Both the position numbers and the translations under genes were made by a program. A DNA stretch of 64,000 nucleotides. It comes from Eledone cirrhosa (Eukaryota). Of this stretch, positions 52,801 to 64,000 are shown piece by piece. Location of the stretch: positions 7,936,001 through 8,000,000 of the forward strand of contig OZ024744.1 of NCBI GenBank assembly GCA_964016885.1, given 5' to 3'. Below the pieces are notes generated by a model. The model was given only the letters and a program-made list of their open reading frames with translations. It was not told the DNA's origin and ran no database searches. Each line of letters starts with the position of its first letter. The first letter of the stretch is position 1.

Positions 52801-55800
52801 ATAGGTAGAGTTTGTGACACCATACTAGGGTGGTGCATTGGTAGTATAGGTAGAGGGTGTGACACCATACTAGGGTGGTGGATTGGCACTACAGGTAGAG
52901 GGTTTGACACCATACAAGGGTGGTAGATTGGTAGTATAGATAGAGGGTGTGACACCATACTAGGGTGGTGCATTGGTAGTATAGGTAGAGGGTGTGACAC
53001 CATACTAGGGTGGTGGATTGGCACTACAGGTAGAGGGTTTGACACCATACAAGGGTGGTAGATTGGTAGTATAGGTAGAGGGTGTGACACCATGGTGGGT
53101 TGGTAGATTGCTAGTATTAGTAGAGGGTGTGACACCATACTAGGGTGGTGGATTGGTAGTATTGGTAGAGGGTATGACACCATACAAGGGTGGTGGATTG
53201 GTAGTATTGTTAGAGGGTGTGACACCATACTAGGGTGGTGGATTGGCACTACAGGTAGAGGGTTTGACACCATACAAGGGTGGTAGATTGGTAGTATAGG
53301 TAGAGGGTGTGACACCATACTAGGGTGGTGGATTGGCAATAGTGGTAGAGGGTGTGACACCATACTAGGGTGGTAGATAGGTAGTATTGATAGAGGGTGT
53401 GATACCATACTAGGGTGGTGGATTGGTAGTATTGTTAGAGGGTGTGGCACCATACTAGGGTAGTAGATAGGTAGTATAGGTAGAGGGTGGGACAGCATGT
53501 TAGTGTAGTGGATTGGTAGTATTGGTAGAGGGTGTGACACCATACAAGGGTGGTGGATTGGTAGTATTGGTAGTGCGTGTGACACCATACTAGCGTGGTG
53601 GATTGGTAGTATAGGTAGAGGGTGTGACACCATACTAGGGTGGTGGATTGGTAGTATAGGTAGAGGTTCTGACACCATGTTAGGGGGGTGGATTGGTAGT
53701 ATTGGTAGAGGGTGTGACACCATGTTAGGGTGGTGGATTGGTAGTATTGGTAGAGGGTGTGACACCATAGTTGGGTGGTGATTGGTAGTATAGTAGAGGG
53801 TGTGACACCATACTAGGGTGTTAGATTGGTAGTATTGGTGGAGGGTGTTACACCATACTAGGGTGGTGGATTGGTAGAATTGGTAGAGTGTGTGACACCA
53901 TACTAGGGTGGTGGATTGGTAGTATAGGTAGAGGGTGTGACACCATACTAGGGTGGTGGATTGGTAGTATTAGTAGAGGGTGTGACACCATACTAGGGTG
54001 GTGGATTGGTAGTATAGGTGGAGGGTGTGACACCATACTAGGGTGTTAGATAGGTAGTATAGTTAGAGGGTGTGACACCATACTAGGATCGTAGATTGCT
54101 AGTATTAATAGAGCGTTTGACACCATACTAGGGTGGTGGATTGGTAGTATTGGTAGAGGGTATGACACCGTACTAGGGTGGTGGATAGGTAGTATTGGTA
54201 GAGGGTGTGACACCATACTAGGGTGGTAGATTGGTAGTATAGGTAGAGGGTGTGACACCATACTAGGGTGGTGGATTGACAGTATAGGTAGAGGGTGTGA
54301 CACCATACTAGGGTGCTAGATTGGTAGTATAGATAGAGGGTGTGTAACCATGTTAGAGTGGTGGATTGGTAGTATTGGTAGAGGGTGTGACACCCTACTC
54401 GGGTGGTGGATTGTTAAAATATGTAGAGGGTGTAACACCATACTAGGGTGGTAGATTGGTAGTATTGGTAGAGGGTGTGACACCATACTAGGGTGGAGGA
54501 GTGACAGTATAGGTAGAGGGTGTGACACCATACTAGGGTGGTGGAGTGGTAGTACAGGTAGAGGGTGTGACACCATACTAGTGTGGTAGATTGGTATTTT
54601 TGGTAGAGGGTGTGACACCATACTAGGGTGGTGGATTGCTAGTATACGTAGAGTGTGTGACACCATACTAGGGTGGTAGATTGATAGTATAGGTAGAGGG
54701 TGTGAGACCATGGTAGGGTGGTAGATTGGTAGTATTAGTAGAGGGTGTGACACCATACAAGGGTGGTGGATTGGTAGTATTGGTAGTGCGTGTGACACTA
54801 TACTAGCGTGGTGGATTGGTAGTATAGGTAGAGGGTGTGACACCATACTAGGGTGGTGGATTGGTAGAATTGGTAGAGTGTGTGACACCATACTAGGGTG
54901 GTGGATTGGTAGTATAGGTAGAGGGTGTGACACCATACTAGGGTTGTGGATTGGTAGTATTAGTAGAGGGTGTGACACCATACAAGGGTGGTGGATTGGT
55001 AGTATAGGTAGAGGGTGTGACACCATACGAGGGTGGTGGATTGTTAGTATAGGTAGAGGGTGTGACACCATACTAGGGTGCTAGATTGGTAGTATAGGTA
55101 GAGGGTGTGTAACCATGTTAGAGTGGTGGATTGGTAGTATTGGTAGAGGGTGTGACACCCTACTCGGGTGGTGGATTGGTAAAATATGTAGAGGGTGTGA
55201 CACCATACTAGGGTGGTGGATTGTTAGTATTGGTAGAGGATGTGACATCATACTAGGGTGGTGGATTAGTAGTATAGGTAGAGGGTGTGACACAATGTTA
55301 GCGTGGTAGATTTGTAGTATAAGTAGATGTTGTGACACCATACTAGGGTGGTGGATTGGTAGTATTGGTAGAAGGTGTGACACCATGTTAGAGTGGTGGA
55401 TTGGTAGTATTGGTACAAGGTGTGACACCATACGAGGGTGGTCTTTTGGCAGTATAGGTAGAGTGTGTGACAGCATGTTAGGGTGTTAGGTTGGTAGTAT
55501 AGGTAGAGGGTGTGACAGCATACTAGGGTGGTGGATTGCTAGTATAGGTAGAGGTTGTGACACCATACTAGGGTGGTGGATTGACCGTATTGGTAGAGGT
55601 TGTGACACGTTGTTAGGGTGGTGGATTGGTAGTATTGGTAGAGGGTGTGACACCATACTAGGGTGGTGGATTGGTAGTATTGGTAGAGGGTGTGACACGA
55701 TACTAGGGTGGTGGAGTGACAGTATATGTAGAGGGTGTGTCACCATACTAGGGTGGTAGATTGGTAGTATGGGTAAAGGGTGTGACACCATACTAGGGTG

Positions 55801-58800
55801 GTGGATTTGTAGTATAGGTAGAGAGTGTGACACCATAATAGGGTGGTAGATTGGTAGTATAGGTAGAGGGTGTGACACCATACTAGGGTGGTAGATTGGT
55901 AGTATTAGTAGAGGGTGTGACACCATGCTAGGGAGGTGGATTGGTAGTATTGGTAGAGGGTGTGACACCATACTAGGGTGGTGGATTGGTAGTATTGGTA
56001 GAGGGTGTGACACCATACTAGGGTGGTAGATTGTTAGTATTAGTAGAGGGTGTGACACGATACTAGGGTGGTGGATTGGTTGTATTGGTAGAGGGTGTGA
56101 CACCATACTAGTGTGGTGGATTGACAGTATAGGTAGAGGGTGTGACACCATACTAGGGTGGTGGATTGGTAGTATTAGTAGAGGGTGTGACACCATACTA
56201 TGGAGATGGATTGGTAGTATTGGTAGAGGGTGTGACACCATACTAGGGTGGTGGAGTGACAGTATAGGTAGACGGTGTGACACCATACTAGGGTGGTATC
56301 TTGGTAGAATAGGTAAAGGGTGTGACACCAAACTAGGGTGGTGGATTGGTAGTATAGGTAGAGGGTGTGAAACCATGTTAGAGTGGTAGATTGGTAGTAT
56401 TGGTAGAGGGTGCGACACCATACTAGGGTGGTGGATTGGTAAAATAGGTAGAGGGTGTGACACCATACTAGGGTGGTAGATTGGTAGTATTGGTAGAGGA
56501 TGTAACACCATGCTAGTGTGGTGGATTGCTAGTATACGTAGAGGGTGTGACACGATACTAGGGTGGTGGATTGGTAGTATTGGTAGAGGGTGTGACACCA
56601 TACTAGTGTGGTGGATTGACAGTATTGGTAGAGGGTGTGACACGATACTAGGGTGGTGGAGTGACAGTATAGGTAGAGGGTGTGACACCATACTAGGGTG
56701 GTGGATTGACAGTATTGGTAGAGGTTGTGACACGTTGTTAGGGTGGTGGATTGGTAGTATTGGTAGAGGGTGTGACACCATACTAGGGTGGTGGATTGGT
56801 AGTATTGGTAGAGGGTGTGACACGATACTAGGGTGGTGGAGTGACAGTATAGGTAGAGGGTGTGTCACCATACTAGGGTGGTAGATTGATAGTATAGGTA
56901 AAGGGTGTGACACCATACAAGGGTGGTGGATTGGTAGTATATGTAGAGGGTGTGACACCATAATAGGGTGGTAGATTGGTAGTATAGGTAGAGGGTGTGA
57001 CACCATAGTAGTGTGGTGGATTGACAGTATATGTAGAGGGTGTGACACCATACTAGTGTGGTGGATTGGTAGTATTAGTAGAGGGTTGACACCATACTAG
57101 GGTGGTGGATTGGTAGTATTGGTAGAGGGTGTGACACCATACTAGGGTGGTAGATTGGTAGTATTAGTAGAGGGTGTGACACGATACTAGGGTGGTGGAT
57201 TGGTAGTATTGGTAGAGGGTGTGACACCATACTAGGGTGGTGGATTGACAGTATAGGTAGAGGGTGTGACACCATACTAGGGTGGTGGATTGGTAGTATT
57301 AGTAGAGGGTGTGACACGATACTAGGGTGGTGGATTGGTAGTATTGGTAGAGGGTGTGACACCATACTAGGGTGGTGGAGTGACTGTATAGGAAGACGGT
57401 GTGACACCATACTAGTGTGGTGGATTGGTAGTATTAGTAGAGGGTTGACACCATACTAGGGTGGTGGATTGGTAGTATTGGTAGAGGGTGTGACACGATA
57501 CTAGGGTGGTGGAGTGACAGTATATGTAGAGGGTGTGTCACCATACTAGGGTGGTAGATTGGTAGTATGGGTAAAGGGTGTGACACCATACTAGGGTGGT
57601 GGATTGGTAGTATAGGTAGAGGGTGTGACACCATACTAGGGTGGTGGATTGGTAGTAGTGGTAGAGTGTCTGACACCATGTTAGGGTGGTGGATTGGTAG
57701 TATTGGTAGAGGGTTTGACACCATACTAGGGTGGTAGTTAGGTGGTATTGATAGAGGGTGTGACACCATACTAGGGTGGTAGATTGGTAGTATAGGTAGA
57801 GGGTGTGAAACCATACTAGGGTGGTGGATTGGTAGTACTGGTAGAGGATGTGACACCATGTTAGGGTGGTAGATTGGTAGTATAGGTAGAGGGTGTGACA
57901 GCATACTAGGGTGGTGGATTGGTAGTATAGGTAGAGTGTCTGACACCATGTTAGGGTGGTGGATTGGTAGTATTGGTAGAGGGTTTTACACCATGTTAGA
58001 GGGGTGGATTGGTAGTATTGGTAGAGGGTGTGACAACATTTTAGGGTTGTATATTGGTAGTATTGGTAGAGGGTGTGACACCATACTAGGGTGGTTGATT
58101 GGTAGTATAGGTAGAGGGTGTGACACCATACTAGGGTGGTAGATTGGTAGTATTTGTAGAGGGTGTGACACCATACTAGGGTGGTGGATTGGCAGAAGAG
58201 GTAGAGGGTGTGACCCCATACTAGGGTGGTTGATTGACAGTATAGGTAGAGGGTGTGACACCAGACTAGGGTGGTTGATTGTTAGTATTGGTAGAGGATG
58301 TGACATCATACTAGGGTGGTGGATTGGTAGTATAGGTAGAGGGTGTGGCACCATGTTAGGGTGGTAGATTAGTAGTATAGGTAGAGGGTGTGACACCATG
58401 CTAGGGTGGTGGATTGGTAGTATTGGTAGAGGGTGTGACACCATGTTAGAGTGGTGGATTGGTAGTATTGGTACAGGGTGTGACACCATACTAGGGTGGT
58501 GGATTGGTACTATTGGTAGAGGGTGTGACACCATACTAGGGTGGTAGATTTGTAATATTGGTAGAGTGTGTGACACCATACTAGGGTGGTGGAGTGACAG
58601 TATAGATAGAGGGTATGTTACCATACTAGGGTGTTGGATTGGTAGTATTGGTAGAGGGTGTGACACCATACTAGGGTGGTGGAGTGACAGTATAGATAGA
58701 GGGTGTGTCACCATACTAGGGTGGTGGATTGGTAGTATAGGTAGAGGGTGTGTCCCCATACTAGGGTGGTAGGGTGACAGTATATGTAGAGGGTGTGACA

Positions 58801-61800
58801 CCATACTAGGGTGGTAGATTGGTAGTATAGATAGAGGGTGTGACACCATGGTAGGGTGGTAGATTGGTAGCATTAGTAGAGGGTGTGACACCATACTAGG
58901 GTGGTGGATTGGTAGTATTAGTAGAGGGTGTGACACCATACTAGGGTGGTGGATTGGTAGTATTGGTAGAGGGTGTGACACCATACTAGTGTGGTGGATT
59001 GGCAGTATAGATAGAGGGTTTGACACCATACTAGGGTGGTAGATTGGTAGTATAGGTAGAGGGTGTGACACCATACTAGGGTGGTAGATTGGTAGTATTG
59101 GTAGAGGGTGTGACACCATGTTAGGGTGGTAGATTAGTAGTATAGGTAGAGGGTTTGACACCATACTAGGGTGGTAGATAGGTAGTACAGGTAGAGGGTT
59201 TGACACCATAGTAGGGTGGTGGATTGACAGTATAGGTAGAGGGTGTGACACCATTCTAGGGTGGTAAATTGGTAGTATAGGTAAAGGGTGTGACACTATA
59301 CTAAGGTGGTGGATTGGTAGTATAGGTAGAGGGTGTGACACCATACTAGGGTGGTAGATAGGTAGTATAGATAGAGGGTGTGACACCATGGTAGGGTGGT
59401 AGATTGCTAGTATTAGTAGAGGGTGTGACACAATACTAGGGTGGTGGATTGGTAGTATTGTTAGAGGGTATGACACCATACTAGGGTGGTGGATTGGTAG
59501 TATTGGTAGAGGGTGTGACACCATACTAGCGTGGTGGATTGGCACTATATGTAGAGGGTTTGACACCATACTAAGGTGGTAGATTGGTAGTATAGGTAGA
59601 GGGTGTGACACCATACTAGGGTGGTGGATTGGTAGAAGTGGTAGAGGGTGTGATACCATACTAGGGTGGTGGATTGGTAGTATTGTTAGAGGGTGTGACA
59701 CCATACTAGGGTGGTAGATAGGTAGTATTGGTAGAGGGTGTGACACCATACTAAGGTGGTAGATTGGTAGTATAGGTAGAGGGTGTGACACCATACTAGG
59801 GTGTTGGATTGGTAGTATTGGTAGAGGGTGTGACACCATGTTAGGGTGGTGGATTGGTAGTATTGGTAGAGGTTGTGACACCATACTAGAGTGGTGGATT
59901 GGTAGTATAGGTAGCGGGTGTGACACCATACTAGGGTGGTAGATTGGTAGTATTGGTAGAGGATGTGACACCATACTAGGGTGGTGGATTGGCAGTATAG
60001 GTAGATGATGTGACACCATGTTAGGGTGGTAGATTGGAAGTATAGGTAGAGGGTGTGACAGCATACTAGGGTGGTGGATTGGTAGTATAGGTAGAGGGTC
60101 TGACACCATGTTAGGGTGGTGGATTGGTAGTATTGGTAGAGGGTGTGACACTATTGTAGGGTGGTAGATTGGTAGTATTGGTAGAGGGTGTGACACCATA
60201 CTAGGGTGGTTGATTGGTAGTATAGGTAGAGGGTGTGACACCATACTTGGGTGGTAGATTGGTAGTATTGGTAGAGGGGGTGACACCATACTAGGGTGGT
60301 AGAATGGTAGTATTGGTAGAGGGTGTGACACCATACTAGGGTGGTGGATTGGCAGTAGACGTAGAGGGTGTGACACCATGTTAGGGTGGTAGAATGGTAG
60401 TATAGGTAGAGGGTGTGACATCATACTAGGGTGGTGGATTGGTAGTATAGGTAGAGGGTCTGACACCATGTTAGGGTGGTGGATTGGTAGTATAGGTAGA
60501 GGGTCTGACACCATACTAGGGTGGTGGATTGACAGTATAGGTAGAGGCTGTGACACCATACTAGGGTGGTGGATTAGTAGTATTGGTAGAGGGTCTGACA
60601 CCATACTAGGGTGGTGGATTGGTAGTATAGGTAGAGGGTGTGACACCATACTAGGGTCTTGGATTGACAGTATATGTAGAGGGTGTGACACCATACTAGG
60701 GTGGTAGATTGGTAGTATAGGTAGAGGGTGTGAAACAATGTTAGGGTGGTGGATTGGTAGTATTGGTAGAGGGTCTAACACCATACTAGGGTGGTGGATT
60801 GGTAGTATTGGTAGAGGGTGTGACACCATACTAGGGTGGTAGATTGGTAGTATTGGTAGAGGGTGTGACACCATACGAGGGTGGTGGATTGGTAGTATAA
60901 GTAGAGGGTGTGATACCATACTAGGGTGGTGGATTGGTAGTATAGGTAGAGGGTGTGACACCATACTAGGGTGGTGGATTGGTAGTATTGGTAAAGGGAT
61001 TGACGCCATACTAGGGTGGTGGATTGGTAGTATAGGTAGAGGGTGTGACACCATACTAGGGTGGTGGATTGGTAGTAGTGGTAGAGTGTCTGACACCATG
61101 TTAGGGTGGTGGATTGGTAGTATTGGTAGAGGGTTTGACACCATACTAGGGTGGTAGTTAGGTGGTATTGATAGAGGGTGTGACACCATACTAGGGTGGT
61201 AGATTGGTAGTATAGGTAGAGGGTGTGAAACCATACTAGGGTGGTGGATTGGTAGTACTGGTAGAGGATGTGACACCATGTTAGGGTGGTAGATTGGTAG
61301 TATAGGTAGAGGGTGTGACAGCATACTAGGGTGGTGGATTGGTAGTATAGGTAGAGTGTCTGACACCATGTTAGGGTGGTGGATTGGTAGTATTGGTAGA
61401 GGGTTTTACACCATGTTAGAGGGGTGGATTGGTAGTATTGGTAGAGGGTGTGACAACATTTTAGGGTTGTATATTGGTAGTATTGGTAGAGGGTGTGACA
61501 CCATACTAGGGTGGTTGATTGGTAGTATAGGTAGAGGGTGTGACACCATACTAGGGTGGTAGATTGGTAGTATTTGTAGAGGGTGTGACACCATACTAGG
61601 GTGGTGGATTGGCAGAAGAGGTAGAGGGTGTGACCCCATACTAGGGTGGTTGATTGACAGTATAGGTAGAGGGTGTGACACCAGACTAGGGTGGTTGATT
61701 GTTAGTATTGGTAGAGGATGTGACATCATACTAGGGTGGTGGATTGGTAGTATAGGTAGAGGGTGTGGCACCATGTTAGGGTGGTAGATTAGTAGTATAG

Positions 61801-64000
61801 GTAGAGGGTGTGACACCATGCTAGGGTGGTGGATTGGTAGTATTGGTAGAGGGTGTGACACCATGTTAGAGTGGTGGATTGGTAGTATTGGTACAGGGTG
61901 TGACACCATACTAGGGTGGTGGATTGGTACTATTGGTAGAGGGTGTGACACCATACTAGGGTGGTAGATTTGTAATATTGGTAGAGTGTGTGACACCATA
62001 CTAGGGTGGTGGAGTGACAGTATAGATAGAGGGTATGTTACCATACTAGGGTGTTGGATTGGTAGTATTGGTAGAGGGTGTGACACCATACTAGGGTGGT
62101 GGAGTGACAGTATAGATAGAGGGTGTGTCACCATACTAGGGTGGTGGATTGGTAGTATAGGTAGAGGGTGTGTCCCCATACTAGGGTGGTAGGGTGACAG
62201 TATATGTAGAGGGTGTGACACCATACTAGGGTGGTAGATTGGTAGTATAGATAGAGGGTGTGACACCATGGTAGGGTGGTAGATTGGTAGCATTAGTAGA
62301 GGGTGTGACACCATACTAGGGTGGTGGATTGGTAGTATTAGTAGAGGGTGTGACACCATACTAGGGTGGTGGATTGGTAGTATTGGTAGAGGGTGTGACA
62401 CCATACTAGTGTGGTGGATTGGCAGTATAGATAGAGGGTTTGACACCATACTAGGGTGGTAGATTGGTAGTATAGGTAGAGGGTGTGACACCATACTAGG
62501 GTGGTAGATTGGTAGTATTGGTAGAGGGTGTGACACCATGTTAGGGTGGTAGATTAGTAGTATAGGTAGAGGGTTTGACACCATACTAGGGTGGTAGATA
62601 GGTAGTACAGGTAGAGGGTTTGACACCATAGTAGGGTGGTGGATTGACAGTATAGGTAGAGGGTGTGACACCATTCTAGGGTGGTAAATTGGTAGTATAG
62701 GTAAAGGGTGTGACACTATACTAAGGTGGTGGATTGGTAGTATAGGTAGAGGGTGTGACACCATACTAGGGTGGTAGATAGGTAGTATAGATAGAGGGTG
62801 TGACACCATGGTAGGGTGGTAGATTGCTAGTATTAGTAGAGGGTGTGACACAATACTAGGGTGGTGGATTGGTAGTATTGTTAGAGGGTATGACACCATA
62901 CTAGGGTGGTGGATTGGTAGTATTGGTAGAGGGTGTGACACCATACTAGCGTGGTGGATTGGCACTATATGTAGAGGGTTTGACACCATACTAAGGTGGT
63001 AGATTGGTAGTATAGGTAGAGGGTGTGACACCATACTAGGGTGGTGGATTGGTAGAAGTGGTAGAGGGTGTGATACCATACTAGGGTGGTGGATTGGTAG
63101 TATTGTTAGAGGGTGTGACACCATACTAGGGTGGTAGATAGGTAGTATTGGTAGAGGGTGTGACACCATACTAAGGTGGTAGATTGGTAGTATAGGTAGA
63201 GGGTGTGACACCATACTAGGGTGTTGGATTGGTAGTATTGGTAGAGGGTGTGACACCATGTTAGGGTGGTGGATTGGTAGTATTGGTAGAGGTTGTGACA
63301 CCATACTAGAGTGGTGGATTGGTAGTATAGGTAGCGGGTGTGACACCATACTAGGGTGGTAGATTGGTAGTATTGGTAGAGGATGTGACACCATACTAGG
63401 GTGGTGGATTGGCAGTATAGGTAGATGATGTGACACCATGTTAGGGTGGTAGATTGGAAGTATAGGTAGAGGGTGTGACAGCATACTAGGGTGGTGGATT
63501 GGTAGTATAGGTAGAGGGTCTGACACCATGTTAGGGTGGTGGATTGGTAGTATTGGTAGAGGGTGTGACACTATTGTAGGGTGGTAGATTGGTAGTATTG
63601 GTAGAGGGTGTGACACCATACTAGGGTGGTTGATTGGTAGTATAGGTAGAGGGTGTGACACCATACTTGGGTGGTAGATTGGTAGTATTGGTAGAGGGGG
63701 TGACACCATACTAGGGTGGTAGAATGGTAGTATTGGTAGAGGGTGTGACACCATACTAGGGTGGTGGATTGGCAGTAGACGTAGAGGGTGTGACACCATG
63801 TTAGGGTGGTAGAATGGTAGTATAGGTAGAGGGTGTGACATCATACTAGGGTGGTGGATTGGTAGTATAGGTAGAGGGTCTGACACCATGTTAGGGTGGT
63901 GGATTGGTAGTATAGGTAGAGGGTCTGACACCATACTAGGGTGGTGGATTGACAGTATAGGTAGAGGCTGTGACACCATACTAGGGTGGTGGATTAGTAG
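31817..64000. repeat. 45-bp G-rich tandem satellite, about 715 monomers, continues beyond the window end
   Basis: Consensus TAGGGTGGT(G/A)GATTGGTAGTAT(A/T)GGTAGAGGGTGTGACACCATAC repeats without interruption to the window end. Confidence 0.99.
57586..64000. repeat. 3420-bp (76-monomer) higher-order tandem duplication
   Basis: From ~57586 onward the sequence recurs 3420 bp later. Track ORFs at 57936/61356 and 58566/61986 are identical, and the long minus-strand ORFs end at 57986/61406. Confidence 0.93.

Noticed and set aside
31826-63979. Long Pro/His-rich ORFs (MVSHPLPILPIHHPS)n up to 1127 aa (extensin-like), and plus-strand (GWWIGSIGRGCDTIL)n ORFs
   Set aside because: The 45-bp period is a multiple of 3, stops and frameshifts are scattered, and there is no unique N- or C-terminus. 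The monomer is explained by the SINE head.
1-64000. CRISPR-like array or true telomere
   Set aside because: There are no unique spacers or cas genes, and the context is eukaryotic. TTAGGG occurs only singly within variant monomers, never in tandem.

Overview
Eukaryotic, repeat-only window. I found no supportable host gene. A tRNA-derived SINE, Penelope-like elements and long TA/TG microsatellites point to a cephalopod (Octopus-like) genome; this is an inference. The window has three parts. (1) A 60-bp satellite of about 320 copies (1-~19250). (2) A ~12.5-kb island of retroelement debris: a 5'-truncated RTE-clade LINE, a SINE, three Penelope-like RT/GIY-YIG elements (two of them nested, each with an inverted terminal repeat), several hammerhead-ribozyme motifs and foldbacks. 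(3) A 45-bp satellite of about 715 copies (~31817 to the window end) with higher-order duplications. Main observation: both large satellites appear to have been born from retroposon parts still visible in this window. The 60-mer is continuous with, and derived from, the C-terminal Cys/His motif of the adjacent RTE LINE. The 45-mer matches the 5' A-box head of the SINE at 21351-21396 (39/46 nt). The long ORFs in the track over the satellites and microsatellites are artefacts of repeat periodicity.
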